Assembly: GCF_037042905.1 (NCBI RefSeq)
Contig: NC_087251.1
Coordinates: 30,258,001 to 30,322,000, forward strand
DNA from: Lytechinus pictus
Lineage: Eukaryota
Direction: 5' to 3'
Length of the DNA stretch: 64,000 bases
Each line of letters begins with the position of its first letter. The stretch's first letter is position 1. The notes beneath the pieces are model-generated. The model searched no databases, was not told the origin of the DNA, and was given only the letters and a program-made list of their open reading frames with translations. This document shows positions 13,098-27,172 of the stretch, one piece after another. The position numbers were made by a program, and so were the translations under genes.

Positions 13098-16000
13098 CTG
13101 TTTTGTGTTAATGTCACATGTATATGAGACATATGATGGGAATGGTAAATAAGACCTGAAATAAGCTTAAGTGCTAGTCAGGCCTGGTGCCACAAGTTCA
13201 ACTCACTGATAGAACTGAATAACAGAAGAATCTATGATTGTCAGCCTTTCTAAGAAGGGGGGGGGGGGCAATCATAGGTATATCTGAGCATATCAGTGCT
13301 ACCAGCCATACATATAAAGCATGTAAATCAATTAGATGGGTGTTATATTTTAAGCCTCACTGAGCTTACATTTTCAATCCAGATTTGTTTTTAATGTACT
13401 CGATTCAGAGAGTGTGAAAAAATGTGTAATACCCACCCAAATTATTATATTAGTGGTCATAGAATTACATTCCACAGAGATCAGTTTAGCAAATTTGAAT
13501 AAGATTTTCCTTTTTTATTAGGGTTTGAAATAATTATGTAAGTATTTACAGGCAGAGGCAGCGGAACGTCAGGCTCATACAATAAAAGTGGAGGGGCACC
13601 TATTGTTTGGCAGACAAAAGGTGCCCCTCCACTTTCTTTGTCTGAGCCTGATGTTCCATGGCTTCTGTTTACAGGGTTTCTTTTATGTGCAAAATTACAA
13701 AAAAGCAGTAATGTATTCAAAAGGTTTTGAAAATTGATTTTTTATTTTGTATACGTTTTTATTTTGCCATGATTATTGCATGTAAACATTGAAATACTTG
13801 AATATGGTTATTTTTTTTTTTTCGAGTCGTTATAGTCGGCTTGTAATATGCTATTATTACTTTGTAATCCTCAACCAAATCTGCAAACCTGGACAGTCAG
13901 AATCATGGATTTTACCAATTATGAATTATAATGCATATTAAAGTGATAGATATTTTTATTTATATTGAATGATATTTTCTTCCTGAGTAGATTTCAACTA
14001 TGAGAAAGGGAGATGGAAGTTACAAGTTTGTGAAAGAGGACCCTGAAGTTCAAACAAAAAATATCTAAGTTTTTTTTTTTTTTTTTTGTAAAATATGCCC
14101 GAAAAATATATTTATTGGTGATTGTAATGATTTTAGTCTAAAAAGGGCAACAGATCATCAAAATTACTCTGTTGGAACTTCAACAGATTTGTGATTAGGA
14201 ATATTATCTTGCTATATTCAGGCAGTGTCCTCTTAACATTCTGTTTTCATTGTCCTCAGTGTAAGTGTTATGTTGGGGCATAGTGTGTAGACTCTATTGA
14301 ATAAAATTTCTTACATTATGATCTGCAAATTTATGTTTGCTTTGAATTGAGTTTACATTATTGGGTATTTATTGGAGTGCAATGAATGAGATATGCTTCA
14401 TTAGTTTCTCTTAGTTATTTCTTCTTATTTTTTTCTTCTTCAGATTTAAGCTACTATTTACATTATGCATTGTAGGTCAATGCAAATGCACCAGACTTTT
14501 GATTTATGTTAAGAGAAGCTTTGGTATTTGAATAATGGAATTGGAATTACTGGTAAACAGCGACGAAACAAGTCTCCATAGGCCTACATTGTACTTGTTA
14601 TTTGATCACAAATGATCCCAGCATTTAGATACCTTCAATGTTCATGTACCAATCATTACATTCATTCTCACTGACGTACATTTGGTGCTTGGCACAGTAT
14701 ATGTCATATTGTTCGAAGGTTGACTTCACAGAATTCTTGGCAACCCATTACCTGAACACTAAGTTTTTTTTATTCATGTCATTGTCAAATATTTTGGGAC
14801 TAATGCAATATCTTCAATTTGACTTGAAATATGAATGTTAAAATAACGCACGAGGCAGAAAAGAGAGGGTCCTTTTTAATGCCACATTTTGACTTATCAT
14901 GATACCGTATCTTCATATCAAAATTGCTCAAGTATTCTTAGGTTGACTGCAGCTCTGTGTATGAACCATCTCCCATTTTCCACAATGCAAGCGGTATGAA
15001 CTTGAATGATGCATGGAGTCAAGTTTTCAGTAATGACATTCTTCTTTGAGGAATTGAGGCATAAATTAATGATTTTAAAAGAATATTGTCTTTTCAATAT
15101 TAGAATTATTTAAGATTATTAACTTGTGATGAAAGAAGACATCATAATAGTCTGGCCTTTTATTTGAATAATTGTATTCAATTGGATGTTGTTGGCTTCA
15201 TAGGTTTTATTTTGCATAATTATATGTTAATCGGAATATTGTAAGCTTTCAGGGTTTTTAAAATCATTTTTACATATATGGGTATAGTTATTGTTTTTTG
15301 CTTTGGATTATTTGGCACAACTTGTCTTATTACCCAATCATGTCTAATATGCAGGTCTATCTGTCTAATTCTAAGCTTTAAAGACTACAGAATTAAGTTA
15401 AACCTAAGACAAACGTTATTTATAAGAATTTTTGCATAATGTGGTCTGAAAATTGCTCAGACTTAGATAATTATTTGACTTCTAGAATGTTGACCTATGC
15501 AGACATGTAACTGTCCAGTTAAGTGTCCAGCTACTTGCAAGTAGAGATATATTTTTCTTCAATAAAGAAGAAGCTTTGTGAAGAAGTACTGGATTTATGT
15601 GTTTTATATTTTGATTGTGCTCTTTTTGTAATGTTTACGAGAGACGATTTAGAAGGCATGAGATTGAAATAGGCTGAAATGTTCTTTTGGGAGAAACATC
15701 TTTCAGAGAAGATTATTCATTAAAACTATACGATTCTTTAAAAGCCATGTTGTTATCTTCTGACTTGAACAATCATGTAAAAATATGTGGCTTAACCATG
15801 TTTCTAATGACCCCCAATGCACACTCTGTCTGTCTTGTCTGTCTCTCCGGCTCCCCCCCCCCCCCCTCCCTCCTGATCTCTCTCTATCCCCATCACTTCT
15901 CTTTGTAGAACTCTTCTTTCTCCCGTCTCTGTATGTGAATGTTTGTGTTTCTCTTACTCTCACACACCTCCTACCTTTAAAAGTTGAATAGGTTTGATTG

Positions 16001-18493
16001 GTCTTATTATTCTGGATTGAACGGTTACAGCATATTCTATTTTTCAGTTAATATGTATTTCAAAGAAATTATTCCGTAACCTACATGCACATAAAGTGAA
16101 TGATCGATCACCAAGAGGGGGCGACAAACTATAATTGACAAGAATCATATGATATCAAATTTTATACACAGTTTATTGGGTTGAAAAATAGTGGTATTAT
16201 ACCATTTCTCCGTACATGTATTTCAATAAAAAATAAATACAAATATATTTACATTAGCAATGACAACAAAATTGTATGACCAAACGTGTCTTGTGAGAGT
16301 GCATTGGATCGCCTTGAAGTTTACTCGTTGTTTTCTCCATTCAGTCTTGTTTAAAAAAAGAAAGTTTTCAGTTCAGTGGTGATAAAAATAGTACATTTGA
16401 AGTCAAACAGTTTACAAACATCTGGGCAATTCGATACAAATTGTCTCCTCGCCCAAATTGATCAATTTATCATAATAAAAAATAACGAAATTTTGTATCA
16501 AATAAAACAGCTGAAAATGGTGTCATTTTACCTAATTTAAGTTTATTTGAAGTTGAAATCTATGTCAATGTGATTTTTCAAAGATTTTTTTTTACAAAAT
16601 GTTTTATGATATTTTTATATAAAAATATTTTTGCTTGTTTATGCATGTGTTCCCTCCCCCCTAAAAAAAAAAGAGACTTGATTTTTGTGTAAATTTAGAT
16701 GAATGAAAAGAGATATATGCATGATAAGATTGTGTATAATGCTAAGCTTAGGGGTCCTTATTAGGAAGAACGAGTATCGAATTTGAAGTTACCTATATTG
16801 ACATATTTTGACAAAGTTTGCCCAAACTCCTGTGTTTCAATAAACCTCATCCTTGAATGCAATCAGTAAAAAATAAAAATCATGCCATGTCAATCTTTAT
16901 ATAAACTTATTACAATATAATCATCACTTAAAGCCATTTGTAGTTGTTTTATTTATTTATTTTTATTTTTGTTCAATTTGCATACACACTTGTTTGTACT
17001 GATTCAATTCATCTCAATCTACAGCCAAAAAAAAGTATAGATCATTGGATTTTGGGTGAGATAATATAGGTAAGCAAAAAATTTTGATTTTTAAAGAATC
17101 TTTCCCAAAATATTCTATAAAAACATAATGTTGAGGTGTGCTTCAGCCTTGGTGAGAACGGAGATAATAAAATAGCATATGGAAGTCTGATTTATCATGC
17201 TATCACCACCATTTTGAAGATATCATATTATGGCAAGTAAACACTAGAATGCACAGATGTATGTTAACTTCTGACTCAAATAGTAAATTGTTACCATATT
17301 CACCTCGTTTGGGTTTACAGCATAACTACCAACAAAAATGATTATATCAATCAAATAACATTGTATGAACGATATCTGACATTTATAGCAACAAATGAAT
17401 GAAAAATCATTAAGGAACAGTGATGGCAAGCAAAATAAAAGTATTTTCAGCGCTTTGAAAATGAGCAGATATTTACAAAGTTGATTCCGTTATCGTACAT
17501 AATGTAGATTATTAAATGAATACAGTCTCTATCAAAGTTAATGTCTTCCCTCCATGAGCGTTAACTTGAAATCTATTTCAGTGTGCCTACACAGAGTGAA
17601 AATATTGTGACTCTGTAAAAGTACTCGATCGATTGTCTTCTCGCTTATTGGATCAATTAGATTTCCCACGGATATTCCATGGAAGAAAAACTGATTGATG
17701 TAATAGAAAGATTTCGAGCATTGTTTTACAGTTTTTGACTGGTGGACTATTATAGTTGAACGGAAATGTGCATAGCCTTGAAAGACGCCATATTAATCAA
17801 CGAACCTCGATACTGAAACTATTTTATACCAAGTTGGTATGAATATGAAAGTATAAAGTCATTTTTATAATTGAAATCATCCATCAGAGGCTTCGTTTTG
17901 TAAAGGGTTGAGTAAGATCCATAGTAATATTTGACGAACCTTGTATTTTAATTCCAATCTCGCGCGAATAAAAAAGAAATTGATTCTTTTTTATAAATAT
18001 TTATGTTGAGTCTTCACAATTTTTCGAGGTTTCTTGAGTCTGTTCAATTTGACAAATTACACGATAAATCTATTACAAAATGTGAAAAATAACCAGGTGG
18101 GTTTATTTTTTATTTTTTTGGGGGGGTTCATCAGCCCCTTCCTCCCTTTTCCCCACTCTGTTCTCTGTTACGTCATTATCAGTCATTGTGAGTATAATTA
18201 TGTTTTATTATTCTATTATTGTCTCCAGGATAGGCACGTATAACATTAAAAATTATAGCCATTCACAGACAATTTCAACCAAAGGTCACTTCCATATATA
18301 ATAATACAGCAGCATCAAAATATCTTTACAAAGCACAATACATCGGTTGGACGAACAACTGCATGTCTTGATAAATTTCCAACTTCGTCATCATTTTTAC
18401 CAATGTTCACATAATAATGGATTGGTTTTATTGTCTGGAATCGGAAGACTATTCAGAATTGCACAAAAGTTGATTACTGTAGAACTAATATTT

Positions 18494-18639
18494 TCAGTAT
18501 ACTATTTGATCTTTTTGTCTGTTTCTCGCCAATCTTAAGAGTTCATAAGTCTTCTGTCGAGCGCGGGCGCTCCTCTCCAGCAACTCCTCGGTGCGTTTAA
18601 TCAACCAATCAGCAAACTGGACCAGACGCTCGTTTGGAT
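18494..18639 (-). CDS. Uncharacterised Ser-rich protein, coding exon 2 (terminal, predicted helical)
   Basis: Polypyrimidine tract plus CTGCAG acceptor ending at 18640. Phase matches exon 1 (G+AT = Asp). Encodes DPNERLVQFADWLIKRTEELLERSARARQKTYELLRLARNRQKDQIVY*. Joined CDS 1158 nt = 385 aa. Small exons inside the 20-kb intron cannot be excluded. Confidence 0.7.
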
Positions 18640-18681
18640 CTGCAGCAAAAAATAAAAGGGATGAAAAGAAGTGTTATTCAG

Positions 18682-18838
18682 GGGAGCGTTTCATCAATAT
18701 TTTCATCCGACAAGTTGTCAGATCTGACATCTTTCCATGATTTTGATTGGCAGAGAGGCACTGTTCCTATGGTAACTGTCGGATAAAATGGGACTTGTCG
18801 GATAAAACGTCCGACAAGTCCTTTCATGAAACGCCCCC
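18682..18838. mobile_element. PIF/Harbinger-like MITE
   Basis: GGGAGCGTTTCAT...ATGAAACGCCCCC, CAG TSD. Confidence 0.75.
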
Positions 18839-20569
18839 CAGATTATGCATGAAAAAAAAAACCTCACCATACGGAAGATCGTATATAAAACCTTATTTTT
18901 TTGCGCCTATCAGTATCCCATGCCGTATGCCAAATCATATCCCTCTTTTATTTTGTATTCATTACGTCGCTAGCGTACAGATGGGGGAGGGGGGGGGGTT
19001 AAAGGTGCTATGATCCCCCCCCCCCCGAAAAAAGAAGAGAAATACGAATATAAAAAAAAGTTCCGTGACCAAGGAAAAGGGAGAACGAGAAAAAAAGGGG
19101 GAAATTAAAACGGTGCCATTTTTTTTATTAATGTAAAAATCTATCACAAAATTAGGTTTTGTATTCAAAAGGTCGCTTGCTTCACTCGCTCGCAGCTTTT
19201 CATAAAATGTTGCTCCATGGGCCATGTTTGACCCCCTCAAAATTGTTGGATCATTATGCCACTGCATTACGTAAAATATAAGGGATATATTGGGAAAGAT
19301 TCAAGATTGAATTGTGTCGTTGGGCCATGGATTTGCTGCCTGATATTGGTGTTCTGTTCCTAAACCTTTAATGGCTTAATATATATTTGAAAGTGGGGGG
19401 TTGGGGGTTGGGTATCAAAACAATTTGAGGGGGGTTTGAACACCTGTAGCCCCCCCCCCCTGCTTACACCACTTGCTTATATCATAATGAATCCAATAAT
19501 TACCAGGGTTATTCAAGAGAGCCAAGCAACCTTTAATTCTAACTTGCAAAATTTGTGATTATTCCCAGGAGAATAATCATGCGTCTTTACAATTTTTCTC
19601 TCTTTTCATTAGAACTTGAGTGATTACTCTAACATGACTAATGCCTCGTGATCTATAACGTCATGTACTGTGGTTTGATGGCTCAGCTGAAAATCGTTCA
19701 TTATAAGCCAAGTCACTGGGCTGGGTTGGTGTATGGCCAGAAAGGTAAGGTGATTGGTTCGAGCAAATCGTAGGCCGAGAAAGAACAGTAGTGTACCTGG
19801 AATATCGCGTCAGGAGGGGCAACATTTATTAACAACTTTTTAAATGCGGGCCAAAGATCACCGCCATTTAAGGAAATGCGTCAAACAAATTCTGACAACC
19901 AAAAAGAAAAGATCAAAATTCTGTTGTGAGGGGGGGGGGGGTGATTTCCCCCTCTCTTTAGTGAGAAAGAGTGAAACACATAATCAATCAAATGAAATCA
20001 TAGAGGGGGATACATACATGAAAATTAAGCGAACGTAATGTCATGAAAAAAGAAAAAAGAAAGAAAATAAAAACGGGGAAAAAATGAAATGAAATGAAAT
20101 GAATGTTTAGATTTCCAAGCCCAAGCATTTTTAGTGGATTTTAAGTAGGCTTTTTTTCAATGAATGTCGATATTTGCAATGTGTTCTCGTTAATCACAAT
20201 CCACCCCCTTTTTAATCCCACCCCTCCAATCCCTTCTTACCCCCTCATTGTCAAGACACTTGGTGACCTTGTCGCGTTTAATAGGTGAGTCATGTTCAAT
20301 GACTAGCATGCATGGAGACGGGACAAAACAATTATTAATCTATGATCAATTCATCAGACTCTTACTCCTTCCGAGTACCGTCCTAAGTAATGCACTGATA
20401 CAGTCGTGTAGATTCGTTGCTATGGTTACGATATACCGCTGAGACACCAACGCATGTACTGTGAACCAAGAGTTTGATATCCGAACTTAAAGGACAAGTC
20501 CACCCCAACAAAAAGTTGATTTGAATAAAAAGAGAAAAATACTGTGAACCAAGAGTTTGATATCCGAAC

Positions 20570-21052
20570 TTAAAGGACAAGTCCACCCCAACAAAAAGTT
20601 GATTTGAATAAAAAGAGAAAAATCACACAAGCATAACACTGAAAATTTCATCAAAATCGGATGTGAAATAAGAAAGTTATGACATTTTAAAGTTTCGCTT
20701 AATTTCACAAAACAGTTATATGCACATCCTGGTCTGTATGCAAATGAGGAGACTGATGACGTCATCCACTCACTATTTCTTTTGTATTTTATAATAGGAA
20801 ATATGAAATATTCTAATTTTCTCCTCATTGTCAAGTGATACAGCGATTAATTTCTCCCTGAACATGTGGAATTAGCATTGTTTAATACTATATGGTTCAG
20901 TCAAGTTGGTCCTTATTGTCAAATCTATAAAAAATGAAATATTGTATAATTCAAACAATAAAAAACAACAGAAATAGTGAGTGATGGACATCATCGACTG
21001 ACTTACCAAGTTGTGCATATCACTGTTTTGTTGGGGTGGACTTGTCCTTTAA
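20570..21052. mobile_element. TTAA-flanked MITE (Kolobok/T2-like)
   Basis: TTAA-AGGACAAGTCCACCCCAACAAAA ... TTTTGTTGGGGTGGACTTGTCCT-TTAA. Degenerate relatives near 2906-3430, 31200-31710 and 42380-42800. Confidence 0.85.
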
Positions 21053-21443
21053 CTTGAAAAAAAATCGATTAAAATTTACTTTTCTGTGACTTTCAATAAA
21101 AAAAAAGAATTATACCCTGATATGAAAATATCTTAATTCTGGGAGAGGCTTCTATTTCATTAAAACTATCATGGAGTATACTGAAAACTGTTCTTAGGAA
21201 TCCGATCTTTGAATGTGCCACATTATCTTCTGCGACTGCGTTAAAATATATTTTCATTAAAGAATATAGGCTTATGTTAGGCATAAAATTATCAACCTAT
21301 ATTCTATGAGATTAAAAAAAAGGTGATTGCAATTTGAATTTATAGATTTATAAGTAATTTAAACAGGAAACTTAAGTTACCAGCTTATGAAACAGCCGAT
21401 GAGAAATGGAAATATTTCAAGAAACAATTTGGATGGTGTTTAT

Positions 21444-21508
<65 letters not shown>

Positions 21509-21554
21509 AAAGTTATACATGTACAACAGCTTTGGCAACTCTTTTATTTAAATA

Positions 21555-21807
21555 TTGTAAAGAAATGGATGAAGAGAACAATGGTAGGCGTCTGTCTATC
21601 TGAAGGTCAATCGGATCGGGGTCGCCCTAGCCACTAACCCGTCTCTGTGGTCTAGTGGTTAAGGCACCGGCGTTCAAAGCTGGGGGCCCGGGTTCGATTC
21701 CCGGCAGAGACATTTTTTCGGCATCACCAATTTTTCCAAAGGGTAGATAGCTCTGGGGAACCTTGATTTAAGCTACGCCTACCATTGTTCTCTTCATCCA
21801 TTTCTTT

Positions 21808-21811
<4 letters not shown>
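21555..21811. mobile_element. 257-bp MITE with perfect 37-bp TIRs, TA-flanked, carrying the tRNA-like gene
   Basis: TTGTAAAGAAATGGATGAAGAGAACAATGGTAGGCGT at 21555-21591 and its exact reverse complement at 21775-21811. TA on both sides; the right end runs into a (TA)n tract. Confidence 0.88.
21641..21712 (+). tRNA. tRNA-like gene with anticodon TCA (opal-suppressor-like, tRNA-Glu-like body) inside a MITE
   Basis: 72-nt cloverleaf. Acceptor GTCTCTG/CAGAGAC; D stem GTCT/AGGC; anticodon stem CCGGC/GCTGG with loop GT-TCA-AA; 4-nt variable loop; T stem CCGGG/CCCGG with loop TTCGATT. A box TGGTCTAGTGG, B box GGTTCGATTCC, T6 terminator at 21713-21718. Function unknown. Confidence 0.75.
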
Positions 21812-21895
<84 letters not shown>

Positions 21896-24800
21896 GATAT
21901 AAATGAGAAAACGTAACACTAAATTTCAACAAGTTTGACTTGCTCTAAAATTATTCATCAATTCTATACTGAAATTTCAAGACGACTGAATGCTGAATCA
22001 TCTTTTGTCAAGTAAAAAAACCCACTTTGGCCAAGTAGTTGGAACGGATTAAAACACCATAAGTGCGGTTATGAATACAAAGAATGATTTAATCATTTCA
22101 GAAATCCTTATCCTCCATTAAATTGATGACATAAATAAGAATGTAGAAACCCTAATCGTCTTACAAAATTAATACCCTTTTATGATCCCACTTTACTATA
22201 TATTTGCGACTCACCCATTCATACCCCCAAACACACACACTTTATTTGAAATCTAACAATACCTTGCCAAAAGCACAAACATCATCAAAGCCCGTTTACT
22301 AACAGGACCCCAAGCTTGTGGTACTTTAAAAACAACAGTAAAATTTTATGATGCCGTATAGGACTAAACTTTGTTTTCTTAAAAAAGAAACTATGTACCT
22401 TTTTGTGCGTGTGTGTAGATTTGCCAAAAGTTTACAAAATATACATCCATTTTACCAACAAAAATAATAATTTAATTCCGAAAAGCTGACAAAATTGGGA
22501 TAATTTCACTTCTTAAAATATTATATTCAAATAATAATGCTATATTATTAAATTTATCAATCCAATGATAAATCCTGGAATTCGAAGTTCATTTAGAACT
22601 TCTTAAAACGAAATTATCTCACAGATAGGCCTAATAGCTACAAACAGTATTTTTGCATAACAGCAAGGTAACATTCGTGACTTTGTAGAATTTGGCAACA
22701 TTCTTTGATGATTTGGCGGGAATTCAATCATGATGGCATATACTCGTGGAAATGATGTAAGGTGCAAATGTCGACTGCGAAGAGGGAAACCTTAATTACA
22801 ATGTCTGGGCTCTATAATACTGTGTATCATTATCATGTATCCCAGGAAAAATTATACGTTGTGTTTGTGTTTGGCAAAATGTAAGTATAACACTTTAGGC
22901 TGATTATTAGTGGATAGACCCGAGAAACATTATCATGATTATGGTGACAGTTTGAGATATTGGGGTGTTCGCAGGTCTTCGGCAATCATACACAGGTTGA
23001 TATTTATTTTTTGAAAATGCAAACTAGCATGACATTTCCTCCTGTGACAATGGACAATTGCTAAAAATACGCCAAACTTAAAAGCTTTGCACTTGATCTT
23101 TTCCATTGAGCCTGACCCAAATTAATAAGCTCTAAATCCCGTCGAATCTGACGGCGTGAGCATGGAGAATGAAAAGTATTTTTTTTTAAGTATGAGTGGG
23201 TGTAGGACAATAATGAGAAGGATGTCTTACCCACTGATTACCAGACGGGGGGAGGGGTGCTTGGGACTAATTGTGACTACTGTCTGAAATATAGCAGACA
23301 TTGTTACGTTCTGACAACAGAGAATTACGACCCGGAGTTAAACACAAGAGTTCCTTGATTATTTTTTTTACTTTCTTAATGAAAGTCCTTTTTCAAAACT
23401 TTATCCATCGCTTGTCTGAACTTACTTCTTTCTTACATACAACTTTCCACTTGTTTTTGGATTCTCCTTTCAACATATTTTTCAGGATAACCTTGCATTA
23501 AATTCAGATATATACAAACAGGAAATGTGAGTAATAATTTACAGACCAAATATAGTGATATTACAAGTCTAATGGTGTACTATTTAGTTTAAGGTGGATA
23601 TCGACAGAGGCCCACTTTAAACGTTTTCATAAAAATACAAATTAGAAATGATTAGGGCAAGACAAGTCAGAAGTACAGTAAACTATATTATGATAAACAT
23701 GTAGAAGTTCACACGAGTGCTGGCCTGTAAGCAAATATTATTCTGACAACTATTATTACTCATTATTAGTCACCCCGTATTGTGATTTACATGCCCGTGA
23801 CCAGTCGAAAAGTAGAGAGAGAGAGAGAAAGAGAGAGAGAGGGGGAGGGGGTTGGTGGGTGATAAAATCACTGGCGTGCAGATGGGGGGGGGGGCTAGCA
23901 TGGAGGCCAAAAGTTCATCGACCAAGATAAAAAGAGGAGGGGAAAAAGACAGAAAAGCAAAGGAAAAGAGTAGTATGTTATTTTCTGAATATTATGTCAA
24001 ATGTCTGTCACAAATTGAGATTTTTATTCCAATGAAGTTCGTGTTTTTCTCCCCTCGCTTTGCTCGCTCGGAAATTTCAAGAAATTTTGTCGCTCACGCC
24101 TCGGTGTGCCCTCATTATTATGGCTCTTTACGCCACTGGATAACAGGAAAACTTCACAAAAAGGCCCGCAAAAAGGGGACAAAAACTGTCGGTAAACTTA
24201 CAGGATATAATGACGCTTCGATGAACCATCACTTGAACTGATTTTAAACTAAATACCCTTGTATGAGTATATAGAAAAAATGATCAAGATCGGGAAAGAA
24301 GTCGTACGCGTTGGATAGGAATACCGCGCTGTTGCCAAGCAACGCAATAATCTATGATTCACACGAGTGACCATAAATACCCTTGTACGTACAGGACATG
24401 GGGTATTTTCTTCTAAGCATCACAAATTCCTTCCTTAAATTAAAAAAAACCCTGAAAGCATTTAAAATACTGTTAACTTTAAAATATTAACTTTGTACAG
24501 AGGACTACGTGTAAGCCTATATTGAATACTGATGTTATGATTTCATTGTTGTAGGAATTTGAATGATGTAAGCTTTATACTTCAAGGTGATATAAGTTGG
24601 GTTAATAACTACCTCGATTAAGAGGATAGAGGATAAAAGAAAAAAATAAGTTGGGTCCATAATAATGAGACCGTACAAGAAAAACACGAATCTTCGCATA
24701 AAATCTTAAAACTAAAGATGAATTAATTTTCCCTAGTAACCAAATTCCTCTCCCTCTAAAAAAGGGACAAAACAAACTTTCTGAATTATTATTTTTTTAA

Positions 24801-26100
24801 AGAAATGTAGTAAGTTCGGTGATATTATAAGTGGGTTAAGTGGCTAAACCCCTGGAAAACTCACAAAGTCTCTCCGAAGGTCGATTGTTTAAATTGACAG
24901 TGACAATTCCAAATTCCATATTTCCGCTCTCTAAATCCCCTGGGATTAATGATCAGTCTGAATATTAATCCCGTCATCTGGGTTATTCAGAGGGGCATCA
25001 ATATGCAAGTTAATCTTAGGATGTTTCTCATCGCAAAAATTAAAATCTTCTTTATACTTCTCTTTTCGTCTACCCATGCTTTTTCTAAATAAGTATATTA
25101 TTTACATTTCATTTGTTTTCTTGTTTCATGTGATATTTGTACTGGAGTATCGATATATATACACACAACAAAAAAGTAAGTCCCCCCTAAATCGAATTGC
25201 TGTATCTTTTGAACGGAATAATTTTGAAATATGATATTTCGCAGGTGGTTTTCTACACTCATTAAACAACTCCTGGGGGAAAATGAGATTGATCGGTTGA
25301 GTCATGCATGAGTAATCAAAGATTGAATTAAAAATGACAATTTTTGAAAGTCACAAGAGTTGTTTTTTCAGATTGTGTAAATACAAAGTTGGGCATAGGT
25401 TGTTTTTAGGTGAATTTTATGGTGTTAATGCTGTTTTACTATCCATCATTTAGCCACCTCACACAAAATTTTGATATCGTATGTTTATGGTTGAGTGAGT
25501 ACAATGTTTTGTGACGTATCATCATAGGGGTTTATGGCAGTATCCCCTACAACTTGTTAAAACATGTTAAAATTGGAAAATGTTGGTGGGTCCCCCAATT
25601 ACTTGGCCCCTCCCCATTTTAAAATTCTGGATTCACCACTGATTTGTCCATAAATTCAACTGATCCTGAGAAATTGTTAGGAAAATAATACATGTATGCA
25701 GTATAAAGAGTATTCATTCCCAAGTTTTTGAATGTGCTCGCTCAATCATGAAAATGTAAAAAGTTCGGAAAGTGTGTGGTGATAAAACTGATGGATGATA
25801 AAAACAACAGCAATTAAGTCACATTTGAAACCGAATTTGCCCCCATTATCCACTTTATTACCCCTTGAAATGAGTCTGTGACATTGAAAATGCCCCTTTT
25901 CCCACTTTGATGCATGCTCACTCATCCATAAATAAACATATCGATTTCATTTTTGCACAGAATTCTGCCCGTAGGTTAATAAACATAAATGCCAAGTGAC
26001 ATTGCTAAAGACAGCCTTGAAAAAAAAAGTTCCACTATAATGAATAAGGGGTCACCTATTCTTAAACATATGCACCCATAGTGTACACATTGTCTATGAG

Positions 26101-27172
26101 CAGTGGCGTACCGTGGGTCACGGCATTGGGGAGGCACCAGCAAAAATTTTGAGTCACTTGCCATATGCAGGTATACTGACCTAATAAAGACATTTTAAGG
26201 ACAGTGCCATTAAACGGATATGTATATCACTGATCAAATAATGCGAGCGCGAAGCGCGAGCTGAAAATTTTTTATATTCAGACCTACAAAGGGACATTAT
26301 AATCAAATTTTTGTAATCATGATACGTCCCTGTCTCGCTTAACAATGCGAGCGCGAAGCGCGAGCTGAAATTTTTGTATGTATTGACCCCAAACAGGGAG
26401 ATTTTAAGGGCTATATTTTAGGAATCCATCTCACTATAGTCATCTAATGCGAGTGCCAAGCGCTTAATTGTTGATTTTGTTAGAATTACATCTGAACACA
26501 TGAAACACTTTTTGTAGTCATTGTTATCATGATTAACATACGCATCTTACTAATCAAGAATTGTGAGCGCGAAGCGCAAGCTGAAAATGTAGGAAATTCA
26601 GAGTTGAAGAGGGGCATTTTAAGGCTTGTTTGTAAGAATTTACGAAGACCATACGTATTTGATATTCAGATTAGAAAAAGGGACATTTTAAGGACTGATT
26701 TTAGGAATTCATGGAGAGCAGACATATCTCACCAATCCACTAATGCGAACGTAAGCACGGACAGGAAATATTTAAAATGGGGCAATCACTATAAGTAGTC
26801 ATTGTACATAAAACAACGAAAAAAAAAGAAGTGCAAGGAAATATATTTGGTGTATATTGACTTGAAAACGGGAGGTTTTAGTACAACAGGATTATATATC
26901 TCGTTAAACAGAGAATGCGAGCACCAGGAACAATGAAGACATAGGCCCTGAGCAAATTATGTTTCATAAAGTTATGAAAAAAAAATATTATGTAATATAA
27001 CATAACATAATTATAATATAATATAACATTATAATGAACATTTATTTCTTCTTTCCCTCTACGTTTCTCTTCCTTTCTCCCTCTTTTTATCCTTTTCCCC
27101 GTTTTTTTTTTGGTCAGCCGATGGGGGGGGGGGGGCACGTGCCCCCCATGCCCCCCCCCCCCCCCGTAGTTA
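26101..27172. mobile_element. Long CAGTGGCGTA-family element with internal degenerate repeats
   Basis: Left end CAGTGGCGTACC. Internal repeats of ATGCGAGCGCGAAGCGCGAGCTGAAA about every 100-120 bp. G-run/C-run right end. Confidence 0.65.

Larger units (their letters stand above)
21443..21892. repeat. (TA)n microsatellites flanking the tRNA-bearing MITE (about 21443-21498 and 21812-21892)
   Basis: TA dinucleotide runs visible directly. Confidence 0.95.

Noticed and set aside
21641..21712. Calling the UCA tRNA a selenocysteine tRNA
   Set aside because: It has a 4-nt variable loop and standard 7/5 acceptor/T stems; tRNA-Sec needs a long variable arm and extended stems.
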